From contig NC_087252.1 of NCBI RefSeq assembly GCF_037042905.1, forward strand, positions 7,318,001 through 7,382,000: a stretch of DNA of 64,000 bases, given 5' to 3'. Shown one piece after another: positions 24,881 to 39,151 of the stretch. How positions within the stretch are numbered: the first letter of the stretch is position 1; each line of letters starts with the position of its first letter. Position numbers and translations under genes: made by a program. The DNA comes from Lytechinus pictus. Its lineage: Eukaryota. The notes under the pieces were generated by a model. The model was not told where the DNA came from. It saw only the letters and a program-made list of their open reading frames with translations, and searched no databases.

Positions 24881-25904
24881 CTGCAACGAGAGAGAGAGAA
24901 GATAAATTGAATGCAATAGGAACATCAATCAAACATTGATATACATTGTAACAAATACATCAGGGAAAAATTCACAAGGGGGCTCAGGCTATTTCGCCCC
25001 CGAAGTGATCGAAAGAGCCCTGTAAAAAAAAAATTTAAACACCCTGGAAAATTGCAATTCTCTTGAAAGTTAGAGCTTATCCAATATTGCAGATTTTTAA
25101 TAGTCAGAACGTGGTAAAATATTCCCTGAAAAAATGAAAAATCATGTACAATTATTTTTCCACTTCCAGTGCACCTTGTGCAACTCCACTAATAAAAGCT
25201 TGTACAGTATCTAAATTGGCAAGTGGCAACATATATTAAAAAAAAATCACTATTCAAATATGCATATTGGCAATTTGTTTATACAATCTTGACCTCTATT
25301 TTAATACATCATTCGATGCAACTCATAATCCAATTCACATCTTTCAAACTCTTTAAGGTTTCTTTTTTTATTTGAGGAGTGGATACAATAAACTAGGTCC
25401 AATAAATAATGCAGGGTACCTAAATGTAGATATGAGAAAATAAGGGGTAAAATACAAGGAAACAAATGCTATTAAGAATCCATGCAATATAAATCAACAC
25501 AAAATATTCTATAACAACTGCCATTCTGTTTCAGTTTCATCCACCCCCACACGCTGTCATAATATTTCTTTGTATCCTCATATTGAATGACGGAAACGGA
25601 AAATGTGCTCAAATTTCTTCTCTATATCACACACAATGGGTATGGGAGTGGAAAGAAATACAATGCAGGAATGGGGCGACCTCCCTCCTACTTTTCTTGG
25701 TAATTCTAAACCTAGTATTCCCCAGTAATTCAAAGCTCTTGATTTCTCATTATATGAAGTCCTCTCATTCAGGGAAATCGGCCTTACGGCTCTTGAATGA
25801 GGAAGAGAACGCAGCTATCGCTTTTAATTCAGAACCTACAATGTATCCTCCACTGAGGTAAATAGCACAGTGGGAGTCTTGTGATGTAGACTAGTCTCTT
25901 ATAA

Positions 25905-26119
25905 TAATATAGGGTATTTAAATTGCGCACATATCCACCTTGTTAGGTGCTCAAGGCGCTCCTTTATTACCCGGCTAAGCTAGGCGTTCATAGCGCACAC
26001 AGCTTTTTAAGGAATTACTTCCTACCGGTACCCATTTACCTCACCTGGGTTGAGTGCAGCACACTGTGGATCAGTTTCTTGCTGAAGGAAATTACGCCAT
26101 GGCTGGGATTCGAACCCAC
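25905..26119 (-). mobile_element. tRNA-derived SINE, truncated just 5' of the B box
   Basis: Minus strand starts GTGGGTTCGAATCCC (Pol III B box), then the core CCCAGGTGAGGTAAATGGGTACCGG and an AT-rich tail. Tail-only pieces at about 17856-17950, 50676-50775 and 55276-55340. Confidence 0.8.
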
Positions 26120-27336
26120 AAATGTACATGTACCTTTTGATAACATTAATATCAATAGGAATTTGCATGTATATAGCACCAGCTATCTAGAAATAATGTT
26201 ATATAAATATATTCCAAGCCACACAGTTATTACTACCCTGGTTTTAGCTTGAGCTACATGTACCTTCCAGCGAAAAAACGTGAACATTTTATCAAGTTTG
26301 TCATGAATCAATCATATCATATGAGATTACGGTATGAGCTTTATCGGAAAATGATAATGTTTGGAAGGCAATTTGTGATCCATTTGTGATACTGATCTGG
26401 ATAAAGCAGCATTCATTTTATTTCAGGATCTTTGGAACTGCAAGAGTGATATACCCAGTTGTGTGTCCGGACGATCAATTTTAGAAAGTCATTTGGAAAA
26501 ATTTACATAGCGAAGTTTCATCAATTTTTAGTACAAAATGTTAGGAAATATTATAGAGAACAAAATAGAAGATGATTACAACTATTGAATTCATATTTTT
26601 AGTGTAATCCAGAGACAAAAAGAAGGCTTCAAAAATATAAAGTATCCGGACACCCGACCCGCCATCCTACTGCCATCATGTATAACACATTAAACCACTA
26701 GAAAGTCTTTAAAGTTGTCAGGTTGAACTACATTCAATACAAAGTACAATACATGTACGAAGCAAAAATTTATGATGAATAGTTCATTGCACTGCAGGCG
26801 ACATGTTAATGTACAAGAAAGGAAAATTCTTCATCAGCACAATGAGCAGATAAATCACGAAGGTAAAAGAACTGAAACCCCTTGGCGCAATTTATACCAC
26901 CTGGGTTTATGGGTAGCCAAATGTCTTCAGTACTGTTACCGCCAAAAGTATGTTAGAGTGACATAAAGTCACTTTATAAATTAGCAAATCAATGCGGTCC
27001 GTAAATCATCTTTGCATTGGTTAGATTATTAGAGGACACGTACTGCTACATTTATAAGTAAATTTATATGCGGAACACAATGCACGAGTTGGTACTAAAG
27101 CATGATTTTAGTCACACTTCACTCTCTGTGAAACAACCTCCTGGGCCCCGTCTTACAAAGAGTTACGATTGATCCGATCAATCGCAACTATGGATGGCCA
27201 GCAAAGTCAACATATAAAAGTCAACATATAAAATGCATGTTTGTTCAAAAAAATTTCTAGATATGAATGTATATCCATAAATTCATTGATTTCTTGACAA
27301 TCTGGTGTGTTCTTCTTTGTTTACAAAGGACATTTT

Positions 27337-28068
27337 GGAAACCGAAGGAAACCGTTTGAATGTAAACTCATTTTATTCTTCAACTAATTTAAATTTAAGC
27401 TCTGACAGCTTTCCAGATTTTTGTAAGCTTTATGTTGTACAGTGTACATGAGACTCTGACGTGTTTTTTTTTTCTGAATTAATTGTTCAAAATTCCTTAC
27501 ATTGATCATAATTATTCTCAGTTTACATCAATGAATTTGTAAAACTTGCTTTTGGTCATATATTGCGGGGGGGGGGGGGAGTAATCTCTTGTCTCAATCA
27601 TAATGTTGGCTTTTCAGCCTACATGTATAGGGTCTAATCAAACTTAATTTATATGCCAATCATTTTGTATACATGCATGCTAAATCATTTATTGCACAGC
27701 GCCCTCTTCATTCAGATTGTGTCAATCTGGGCACGTGCTCACATTTAATTATTATTCGAAATAATTTTTTTTTCTCGTGAGCTCTACTTCTACCCAGGTT
27801 AACACTTCTTCTTTTTAATTCTTTATTTGATTCTAATTTAATTTGTTGTCATCTTCAACAACTATATAGTTGTATTTTACTATTTTGTAGTACATGTATG
27901 TATGTTATCTTTGTAAAGTCACATGGATTGGAAAGGAAGACCTTCGGGTTATAGTTATTTAGTTTATCTTTTTCCTTTCCCGGCATCCATGTGACTCTCC
28001 TATTCCTATTGTTTGTATATGTTGTTTATGTATTTGATTATGCCGAATAAATAATAATAATAATAATA
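27337..28068 (+). mobile_element. 5'-truncated non-LTR retroelement 3' end inserted in a Harbinger MITE
   Basis: AATAAA plus (TAA)n tail; ACATTTT duplicated at 27330-27336 and 28069-28075; the MITE halves rejoin across it. Confidence 0.7.
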
Positions 28069-28328
28069 ACATTTTACTAATTTCCTGTAGAAGAAATTAT
28101 GACACTGATGGATTTCCATAGAGTTACAAGTGATTGGATCAATCGTAACTCTTTGTAAGAAGGGGCCCTGATCAATATTTGGCCACATTTGTTTCCTTGC
28201 AACCAGCATTCCATAGACATAAGATTTGTTATTAATCAGACATGACTCTTAACAATCAAACCTTCTGTAATGCATGCAAATATCTGCAATACCAAAGAAG
28301 AACCAAATTTCCAAATCAAAGATATAAA

Positions 28329-28922
28329 AGGACAAGTCCACCCCAACAAAAAGTTGATTTGAATGAAAAGAGAAAAATCCAACAAGCAAAACACTGAAAA
28401 TTTGACCAAAATCAGATGTAAAATAAGAAAGTTATGGCATTTTAAAGTACATGTATTGCTTAATTTCACAACAGTTATATGCACATCCTGGTCGGTATGC
28501 AAATGAGACTGATGACGTCATCCACTCACTAATTCTTTTGTATTTTATTATATGAAATATGAAATATTCTAATTTTCTATTCTTTGTCAAGTGAAACAAC
28601 GATTAATTCCTCCTCAACATGGGGAATGAGCATTGTTTGATGAGTATATGGTTCAGCCAAGTTAGTCCTTCTTGTCAAATAAGTAAAACATGAAATATTG
28701 TATAATTCAAACAATAAAAAACAAAAGAAATAGTGAGTGAAGGACATCATTGAGTGTCTCAGTTGCATGTCACTGAATTGTGCATATCACTTTTTGTGAA
28801 AAATAGCGAAACTTCAAAATGTCATAACTTTCTTATCTTACATCCGATTTTGAAGAAATTTTCAGCGTTATGCTAGTTTGATTTTTATTCAAATCAACAT
28901 TCTTTTCGGGTGGACTTGACCT
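28329..28922. mobile_element. TTAA-type MITE (Kolobok-like)
   Basis: AGGACAAGTCCACCC / GGGTGGACTTGACCT termini, TAAA and TTAA flanks, long inverted arms. Confidence 0.8.
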
Positions 28923-31283
28923 TTAAAAGGTAATTACAGTTCAGGAAAACACAGAAAAGGACGAGGGGAAAAAACATGAAAACACTGAAGAGGATGAGGG
29001 GAAATACATTTTACAAGATCACATATTAAGATCATACACGTAGGAATGTGGGGGTTATACAGTACATTTAAAGCAACAAGGTCTTGCACCACAGCTACAT
29101 CTAAACTTCATCCTATTATTAAACTTTAAAATGGGGCAGGTTTTTGACATGTTCAGTTACATGTACAAGAATAAACTGCACAACTTTTAGTCTCACACCA
29201 AACAAAATACCGAAGGAGAAAGTCAACTATTTAGTAGAGGTCTGCCTTTAGACCTCCAGATTTTCCAATTTGTTTTATGCTAAAAAGTGGTATGAAAACC
29301 AATAATTGTTCTTTAACATAGTCTATATATATCTGGGCCCCATCTTACAAAGAGTTACAATTGATCCAATCAATTGTATCTCTATGGAAATCCATCAGTG
29401 CCATATTTCTTTTCTACAGGAAATTTGAAAAAAATGTCTTTTGTAAACAAAGGAGAACACACCAAATTGTCAAGAAATTGATTAATTTATGAATATACAT
29501 CATATCTAGAATTTTTTTTGGAATAAAAATGCATTTCATATGTTGACTTTGCTGGCTTTCCATAGTTGCGATTGATCGGATCAATCGCAACTCTTGGTAG
29601 TTATCACAAAGTACTTGCAATTTTTAGAATACTGGGGTAGATAACAATCTAGCACCTACATGCATTCTTTATTTTTTATCCTTTTTTTTTTAGATAGGAA
29701 GTGCCCAAAATAAAATCAAATTGAGAGATAATCCATGCATACAAAAACCTCAGAAATGTTGGCAAATTGTATTATTTTTCATACAATTGTTTGCCAATTT
29801 CTATAATTAAACAAAAAAATCAACCTAAATAATATATATGTACTGTCTGCCTAGGTATTTATAGCAGTGTGATATAAACAACAGAAAAAAATAGAAAAAG
29901 ACCTACATGCAGGAAAAATCCACCTCCTGTTTGCAAATTTGATTTTTTTTTTCATACACTTGTTTTGTCAATTTCAAAGTACTTTAACCCCCAAAAATCA
30001 ATTTAAATATGAACTGTCTGTCTGGGTATTTATAGCAGTGAGATATAAACAACATTAAAAAAACAGAAGACCTAGAAGAAAAAAATCCCCTCCTAGTTGA
30101 AATAAAAAATCAACCCCCCGAAACTAAAATATTTTGTAAATCAAGTGATACATGCATGTATCATTGTATGCTTGAGTTCAATTGAAACCCGAAAAAATAC
30201 CCAGAAATTTACATACTGTATTCAGAAAACAAAGACCCAGGAAACGTTCTATGCTCTTTTGCTTTCTTATAAATAGGGCAAATATATGGCCAATACTGCC
30301 CAAACAGTTGGGTCTGTTACAAAAAAAGCTGATATTTAATAAGAGAGCAAACAAAGAAAAATTAGGATGAGGTATAATAAGGGATGGGAATAGAACTGCC
30401 AACTTTCAAGTCATCTTTTTAAGATATAGTTGCCAACATCATAATAACTAACAAACAAACAAATAAATAAATGAATAAATTGATAAATAGATAAATAAAT
30501 AAGTATATAAATAAATAAATAATCAAAAATAAAAATAAAATTTGAACTTTGAAAAAGGAGATTTGAACATTTCAGAGATGGAATGTATGTTAAAATCAGC
30601 AATTTACAAGATTAAATCTTAATTTATTTTACATTAAAATAGTAATTTCTTTCGCATGTTTGTTGGATAGTATGCCTAACCACTTTGGACAACAAAAATA
30701 TATATATATATATATATTGTTTTAATTTTGGGTATCAAGCCCTAGTTACTTTTTTTTGGGGGGGGTTTCATTATTCATTCTTGTTTTATAAATACATGTA
30801 TCTCTGAGGAGCGCAACAATAAACATCAATAGTTGGTTCAATGTGGCTCCAAGAACCGGGCAGATTAAACCAATTCTACTTAATTTGGACTGTGGAGCTT
30901 GTTGTCCATAATGCTCCTCCATGATAACAAATTCAAAATCCATTTTTTTTAATGATATCACAATCTAGAGCTCTACTAGGCAAATTATTGAATAAAATAC
31001 ACGTTTATGACAATTTGTTTCAGTTGGCAGTTCTGTGGGAGGGTTTTTGGGAGAGGAGGATCACCAGGGGTTTACGGACAAGAATATCTTACCACTTGAT
31101 ATAGAAATGGGCCAGGAAGATGCATTAGAGATCTGAATGGAACGTGCATGATATAAAGGAGGAGTATGCATGGTTAATAGTATAAATTATACACTCCAAA
31201 AAGGGTAATAGCCTCAGTGAATAGTATGAACAACATGACTTATTGGACCAAGTAATGATTAGACCACATGATGGTTGGACCAG

Positions 31284-31456
31284 GGCACCATGGCATAAAA
31301 ATTACATGTACTATTAAATTCTGGTAACTTTGCCAATCAATGGTAACTTGCATGGAATCCTTGATTCTGATTGGCTGTTGATGATAGTTACCATGGTAGA
31401 CTAGTTACCATTGGATAGCAAAGTTACCATAATAGTAACTTTTATGCAACAGGGCC
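31284..31456. mobile_element. Small Harbinger-type MITE, CAG TSD
   Basis: CAG|GGCACCATGGCATAAAA ... TTTTATGCAACAGGGCC|CAG. Confidence 0.65.
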
Positions 31457-33629
31457 CAGGAGGCAATCAGTTCAAATGATAGTAGACCGATTGGGTAATA
31501 TAGCTAAGGTGCTGTTAGACCATCTTGGAATTACATGTAGACCAACTGGTTTTAGATCATGAGGTTTGATTTAAACCTCTTTGACTTTACCATGGGTAGC
31601 CAAAAAATGTAAAAATTTTGTCCACGCTGCTCTTTGTCAAATCCAATTGGATCATCATTACTCAAATATACATGTATGCATATACATGTACGAGCCAAGT
31701 TGATTTTGCGATAGGTTGTTGAATGTTCCTTTATTGCAAGAATGAGACATTTAAGTGTATAGGACCTCTGTGATCTTTGTCATTTGACTCTGATACCCCA
31801 AAACTAATAAAATCTTCAAAACTCCAATATGCAGACTTGGATCAAGTTTGAAGTTGATCCCTCAAATGATTCATCGTAAGAACAAAAACGGGATGGATGA
31901 CCAGATGAATGATAAAGAAATGCAATTCATCTGGCAATCGCCTACATCCACATATATAGTGAGTGGGCAGAGACATTCAAAATAGAATTTAAATATTTTT
32001 GGGGGGGGTCCAGAAAATGATTTCTTTAATTTTTGGCTACCAAAAGATAAATCTAAGAAATCAAAACTGGCTACAGCTAAACCTCTGTCAATGATAAGAG
32101 CTTTATGGTTAATGTCAAACATTAAACATTGTATACACGTACCATAAAACAGAATTACATTTGGAAAATGAACAACATGAACATTTAAAGTGGGTAATGA
32201 TAGTGAAAAATTATAGAAATTTAAGCAATCATATCTGATTTCAAGCAAACAGAAGGGCATATTAGAAATTTGTGCTAGATTTGTTCAGTTGTGTTCAAAT
32301 GCAAGTCTTTCTGCAAAGGGGCCAGATGAATCAAGTTGTTGTTCTTTCAAACCATATGCTTTTTTTTCAGACATAGGGCCCATTTCACAAAGACTTGTTA
32401 TGAAAATAAATTTGCAATAACAGTTAAAAAGCTACTGAAATCCTCCAATCTGATTGGCTGATCATGAACTTGTTATAGAAACTGATCATCTGTTAGTTTT
32501 ATGAAACGGGTCACTAGGTTGAGTTTCACAAAGCTATTCATGATGACTGGTGACCCATGGTCAAAAATCATGTTTAATCGTTTGGATTCCTCCAATCAAC
32601 TATAAAACTGAAATAGATTAAAATTTGCACAAAGTTTTTAATATTGACATGCATCTGAATGAAAAGTTAAATAGTATTTTAAATTTGATAAATAGGGTTA
32701 TAGGAAATGCACTCCCATTGTAACACATTAAAAAACATCAGGTATCTCATCATAGCATAAGAAAGGATCAACAGTCGTCCGTTAAGTGGTGCTAAGCTGA
32801 TGAACAGCTTAATGAAACAGCCTCCAAAATTGGCATTCAAAACTTTCAGGTTGTTAGTCAGGGTAGCAATAAGAAAATACAATTCATTGAAATACCACAT
32901 TGAGTACTCTATTATATTCATTAAAGCAAATTTATATTCACAGGTTAAAATTAGTCATAATTAAATCAAATAATGGTATCATGAAACAATAATTCATGCA
33001 GATATGACTGATCGAGATTAAATGTCAACACATAATTTTCTATGTAACAATAATTTATTTGTAGTTGAATACAAAGGCTTTACAAATAAAAGAATTAGAT
33101 CATGCAGAAAAAAAAAATTCTTTGAAGTAGGAATGTACAGGTCAAGACTTATAGAGACATTTTAGTGAAAAAATATCAATATTCGAAACAGTGTACAAGA
33201 AAAATATAAACTAGATTAATGCTATTAAAGACCTCATTGAGATATGTTGCAGTATTACAAATAAAAAAAATAGTGTAAAATATTATTTGATTCATACCTT
33301 TCCAGAATCATTTATCCAATAAACCATGCACCATGTTTTGATACAATGTATATTGAATGGATGTGTAATTAATAATTTTCAATTTTTAGAGAAGTTGGCT
33401 CTTTATGGAATTTATATCAAAACAGCTGCTTGCAAAATTAGATCTTTAAATATCCATAACTCTGATATTCTTCAATGGTATTTCGCTAAATCTCATTAGT
33501 GTGGTTGATTCATTGAAACCAGCTTAATGCCAGGATAAGGGTTGGTATAGTATATGTAAGTATATTGTCAATGATTTCAACTGACTGAAGCAGTCCCTAC
33601 ATCTACCCATGATAAATATCTCAGTAAAT

Positions 33630-34401
33630 GCTGTGGACTATTCCACTAATCTATGGGGATGTTTTGTTGATGGAGGGAAAGGCTGTTCTACTTTGTAGGT
33701 TATACCCTTTTTTTGAGTTAATGAACTGCTCTCAACAATTCTACTGACCTGTGGACATGATCTGTTGATCGCGATATAGGCTGCATTACTTGCTATTTCA
33801 CAGGCAATGCCGGTTTTAACTCTGTAAATAATAGAATGGATTGGACTTTTCCACTCACATGCGAGGGTATTTTCTTGCTTTAGAGAGAAGCTGCTGAGTT
33901 TGTTAATAGGGTAGGCACTACAGCTTATACCCTATAAGAAAAAATTGTATACTTGGAATATTCTACTCACATTTGGGGATGTTTTCTTAAAATAAGGAGA
34001 GGCTGCAGTGTTTGTAAGTACCGTAATCACAACAGCTTACACCCTATGGCCCGTATTCTTTAAGTCGGGTTTAACTTAAACTCAGGTTTAAAGTTGTGGT
34101 TTAAAGTATGATTAGCCAATTGTGACATAAATCACTAGCAGTAGAGATATCTTATTTCAGCTCATTTGGCTCTCAAATCATTCATAATTGTCTAGGAAGT
34201 ATAAAAAGATGATTGTCTTCACCATCGATGAATCAGGAAAGAGCACAGTAAACATAAAACACAAACAACTTTGTAAAAATTTTTGACACTTTTGGCTTCC
34301 CATAATTTTAGCACGGAGTTAGACCATGGTCTAAGTTAAACCCGACTTCAGAATACGGGCCTATGGGAATAATGGAATACTTGGACTGTTCCACTACTCA
34401 C
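33630..34401 (-). repeat. Decayed ~113-bp tandem duplications of a CBL exon 3' end plus donor site (about 4 extra copies)
   Basis: GGTATAA.C...CAGCCTCTCC...ACATCCCCA.A.|GTGAGT recurs, with donor-like sites near 33966, 33853 and 33745 and a decayed one near 33645. Confidence 0.7.
34048..34361. mobile_element. PIF/Harbinger-type MITE, 314 bp
   Basis: TIR GGCCCGTATTCT..AAGTCGGGTTTAACTTA; 3-bp TSD TAT. Confidence 0.88.
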
Positions 34402-34553
34402 CTGTGGGGATGTTCTACCGATTGAGGGAGAGGCTGAACCACTAGATACTGCACTGGCATTGTAGGTTATACCCTTTGGAAATAATGGATTCTGCTGCTG
34501 GGTCACAGGTGATGAAGGTGGAAGTTCATAACCTGCCGGTGCTTCTCTCAAGA
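34402..34553 (-). CDS. CBL: CBL internal exon (LREAPAGYELPP...RTSPQ), phase 1 to 0
   Basis: TTTGTAG acceptor and CAG|GTGAGT donor; phases fit both neighbours; YxxP motif. Confidence 0.8.
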
Positions 34554-35339
34554 CTACAAATTCAAGATAAAAAAAATTGAAATAAAAAAATATGAACAAT
34601 TAATATCAATTTCGGATGACACTGAAATTGTGGCAGCATAAGCAGCTATAAGCCAGTTCGTAGTTCCACTCTGCGCATGATCAGAAGATTCTGCGCATGA
34701 TCAGAGGAAGGTCATTTGTACTAAAGTGACATAATGGTTTAAAATTTAATGAGATAAGCACCAAATTCAATGTCTTGATTATTCATATATTCTTTTGAAT
34801 TGTGTTTTTCATTCACATCCACAAAAAAATGCGTCCACGAATGACTGGTATATTTCACAGTTTGCCAAGTACATTGTACAACATCCTCTAGTATGCATTC
34901 AAAGTAGAAATGCAACAAATAACTTCATAGAGTGTTCATTGATGTGCTATTCTAGTCACCTGGTCTATTCATTTTCTTCATCCCGCTATGTAAGGCATGC
35001 ATACGTAATATCTTGCTTTGAAATCTACCTATCTTAATGAAAGAAATGAAAGGTCATTTGACCAAAATTGTCCCAGAAGTAACTACGAACTGGTCTATTT
35101 TCCAATGGGTTATTAGATCAACTTTAATCTAAGCGGTGCAAATTTATCTATATATCAGTCAATACTGGAACAGTTACACTGATGAAACCATCTCCAGACC
35201 AACAATAGTTATATAACCAATGACCACTACAATACAGGCAAGAATCAAGATCTGGAACTATTATTGAGGCTGATAGAGCTCTTTTTAAGATGATGTGAAT
35301 GAGGATGCGGTAGAGGCTAAGGGTAATGCTGACTAAAAC

Positions 35340-35780
35340 TATTGCTGAGGCCGTTGTTGATTGCGATGGTGTGGATGGGGAAGGGTTAGCAGCATGGGAC
35401 CATTCAGATAGTAAGTATTCATAAACTCACCTTCTGATTGTGCCTGCTGAGGCTGTTATGATGGTGTGAATGGGGAAGGGTTAGCAGCATAGGGCCATTC
35501 AGACAGTATTTATTGATAAACTCACGTTTTGATTGTGCCTGCTGAGGCTGTTGTTGATTGTGATGGTGTGAATGGGGAAGGGTTAGCAGCATGGGACCAT
35601 TCAGATTTAACTATTTATAAACTCACCTTTTGATTGTGCCTGCTGAGGCTGTTGTTGATTGTGATGGTGTGAATGGGGAAGGGTTAGCAGCATGGGACCA
35701 TTCAGATTTAACTATTTATAAACTCACCTTTTGATTGTGCCTGATGAGGCTGTTGTTGATTGTGATGGTGTGAATGGGGA
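35340..35780 (-). repeat. ~101-bp tandem duplications of a CBL exon 3' end plus donor
   Basis: ACTCAC (GTGAGT on the minus strand) at 35722, 35621, 35520 and 35425; near-identical units next to the exon. Confidence 0.92.
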
Positions 35781-35850
35781 GGGGGTAATGGAGGAGGGTC
35801 ATTCATATTCCGGGGAGGCGGCGGCCAGTTATACTGCACTTGATCATCAT
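35728..35850 (-). CDS. CBL: CBL internal exon (DDDQVQYNWPPPPR...QAQSK), phase 1 to 1
   Basis: CCCCCTTTAG acceptor and AAG|GTGAGT donor; 123 nt, open, Pro-rich, YxxP motif. Not in the ORF track. Confidence 0.8.
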
Positions 35851-35945
35851 CTAAAGGGGGTTTTATTTCAAGAAAATAAATAGAAAAACAAAGTCATATG
35901 TATATCCAACTTACTAAAAAGACCTGTGTGATTATTCTTGCCTTA

Positions 35946-36340
35946 AACCCAGCGCACACTGTGCGATCCGAAGCGACTCAATTTTTTAATAATTCACATT
36001 TTGCATTAAATGTGAAAGTTTCAAGAAATAAAATTATTAGGCCTACATTTGAAGTACGGCATAATGTAACAAAATCATAATTTTGCTTTGCGGCAAGCCC
36101 TGTGGTCGGAGTTAAGTCCAAATCGGCTTCAAGTCGTAGCCGACGATGACGTCATTACGATTTGGATTTGCTTTTATTCCTACAGGGAGGCTGGAACTAC
36201 GCTGAATTTTTGATTTTCCGTAGTCCTACCACTAATCTGAACTCTGATCGTTAATATTAATTGGCTGGAATGTTCATATCCAACGTTATTACAATTTCTT
36301 TGAAATTCGGATCGCAACAAATCGCAGTGTGCGCCGGGCT
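35946..36340. mobile_element. Harbinger-type MITE (TTA TSD); related copy at 41984-42315
   Basis: AACCCAGCGCACACTGTGCGAT / ATCGCAGTGTGCGCCGGGCT termini; TTA flanks. Confidence 0.8.
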
Positions 36341-38568
36341 TTAAAGATGGCAATTGTTCATTACTTCCTGCAATATCTGATAACAAATCATTGAAATTCC
36401 TACTTAAGGAATTAAAATGTGCATGTAAAAAATGATATTTGTGTAATTCAGGTCTCTCAAATTATTAGAGACCTTATAATCTAAAATAAAAATGCCATTG
36501 CTTTCTGATTTTGTTTAAATAATGTAATGCAAGTTACGTTAGTTATGGTATTAAATGGATAAAAGCCAATACATCCTTTTCAATACTCATTTATCATAAT
36601 CACAATATTTTTACACCATCTAAAATTTGGGATCTCTCGCAACAAATTTTTAAAGAGCAGACTAGTTTAAATATTTTGTCTTATGATTTTAGATCCACTA
36701 GATATTAATAATAGTCTAAAAGTTTTTAGATCCACTAGATTAATAGTCTTAAGTTTTTAGATCCACTAGATATTAATAATAGTCTTAGGTTGAGTGAAAT
36801 GAAACCTCTCTTTTATGCATTTAGCCCTTGGTTTATAGGGTGGGTTTTTTCCTCTATTTACATTACAGTATACTAGAATTCTGTTATTATCCTGAATTAC
36901 TATTAAGAACCATAAAGGCACATATTCTAGGCAATTAATTGCTAGTAATCATAATATGGGTGGAACAGAGACTTTCATATCACAGAAGTAACTTTGTTCT
37001 ACTTATAAAACATCTCTGAGGTAAATCAATTTTGAATCTGAAACTTCTCTATTTCTATTGAGTTAAATAGATTGGGGAAGCTTGTGCAATTTTCCATTTT
37101 GTACACATGCATGTGAAGATACATGTATAAACTATTACATTATTTGTCTAAAAAAAATTAGAGAAAAGCCATACCATGAAAAATAATGGAGGAAATCTTA
37201 AAACGAAGTTGAGAAAAAATAGACCTACAAGAAGCTCTATGTCATTTCAGATTATCATCCTTTCTTTCCTGTTTTCTTTTCCAATGTTTACATTTCCTGT
37301 CTTGATTACATAATTACAAGCTTGCTTTCTTGTGGATTTCTCCTTGTTTTAATTATCAATTTCCTTCTTTTTTTCAAATCCCTAATATCAAGCAAAAACC
37401 TCTCCTTTGATTAAAAATTGATATGAAATACAAAAAATATTTTTTATTGAATTTGCAAATCTAAAATTTTTAGCCCATTACATAATAGCCCATGATTTTG
37501 AAATAACTCTGATCCCAGGATCAAATTGAAAGTTGACCAAAATGATTGCCAATTTAAGGATCCTATAGAAAGTTGATTTAGAAGTTCTAAAATTTGTTTA
37601 TTTCTCTCATTTTCTTACTGATCTTGATGAATAATATTAATTTATTTCTCTTTATCCCCTCTTCTTATGGAACTAATCTTCTAATCACGGTTATGGGTTT
37701 GACGTGTTTCATCTGTTTGAAATCAATTACAACTCAATAGATAAAATCAAAACCAATCCCTATGATTGGTCTTCAGCTACTTACAATTGAAAATTACTTG
37801 GAATTCAAAGTGAAACACCCCTGGGGAGTGTTTCACAAAGAAGTGATTTTCACCGAGAAATTTTGCTGAGCCATTCAGATGCAAGGATTTGAGTAGCTTA
37901 TAACAGTTGTCTAGTTAGTGAAACTCACTGACAAGATGCTTTATGAAGTGATTTCCTGGTTTCTTTCAAATTAAGGAAGTGCAATTGCTAGCCACTGACA
38001 GTGAAACCAGTATCAATCAAACAAAACTTTCACAAGAAAACAAAACTGAAAAGGAAACGTTGGTTCTAAACACTAATACAATACATGCAGTACAAAATTG
38101 TGAATAAGTGCATTGTGTACAAGTAGCATGCATGCAGTAGCATATGGTCTGGTGTAGGTGTTCTATTGCAGTGGGTTTAAGTCATATTAAATTCTGTGAT
38201 TCTAACATCGACCAAATTTCCTCTTTCAGTCAAAGCCTATTTTTCATATGAGAACAAAAACCAAATCATAAATGATCCACTTCTCTGTGTATTATGGGTA
38301 AGATTGAATTTGAAGAAGTATCTGTGCAACAAAGTTGTGGGCTAAAAAGATTTAGTTGATCTTTGTTACATTTTAATATTGTTTGCAAATGGAACCCAAT
38401 ACAAGCAATCTGGGGGCTGTTTCATTAAGAAGTGACTTTCAAAAGGACTGGTGATCCTTTCTTGTGGTAAATGATATTCAACATTCAATGTTCATTGGTG
38501 ATTATTTAGCGCATAAGAAAGGGTCACCAGTCGTTCTTAAAGTCGCTCCTAACTTGCAAACAGCTTAA

Positions 38569-39151
38569 AGGAGAATGAAACCCTTGAAACCAGCTGAATC
38601 CATATCAAAGAGAAAAATCAAAGGAACACATTGTTGAAAGTTTGAGGAAGATTGAATGAATAATAAGAAAGTTATGAGCATTTGAATATTGAGATCACTA
38701 GTGCCATGTAGATCCTCCCATCGGCAATGCGACCAAGATCTGTGATATCACACACGTACAACTCCCTCATTACTTTAGTACTTATTTCACTTATATTCTC
38801 ACTTTTATAGAGTCTATCACAAGGTGAGGTGTTCTCTTTATGAGATGACAAGTACAGAGGTTTCACAACATTATATCATTGATGAATCGTTTGTCATATG
38901 ATTAGAATGAGCAAAAAGAAATGTTTTGGGGTATATTTTCAGTGTCCAAATGGGAGAGTTGTACGTGTGTGACATCATAGATCTTGGTCGCATTGCCAAT
39001 GGGAGGATCTCCATAGCATTAGTGATCTCGACATTCAAATGCTCATAACTCTTTTATTGCTAGTCCTATTTTACTCAAACTTTTGTTGATCTTATTTTTT
39101 TATTTTTCTGCTTTCACAAAAGCTAACTTGCTCCAAGAGTTTCATTCTCCT
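38569..39151. mobile_element. TTAA-flanked MITE (Kolobok-like) nested in an older MITE
   Basis: TTAA|AGGAGAATGAAAC ... GTTTCATTCTCCT|TTAA; internal inverted arms. Confidence 0.88.

Noticed and set aside
26095..26120. tRNA gene
   Set aside because: Only a B box is present, joined to SINE body; no A box or cloverleaf.
31093..31132. Possible extra CBL exon (CATTCAG|40 nt|GTAAGA)
   Set aside because: 40 nt would frameshift between phase-0 neighbours and the pyrimidine tract is weak; it cannot be supported without transcripts.
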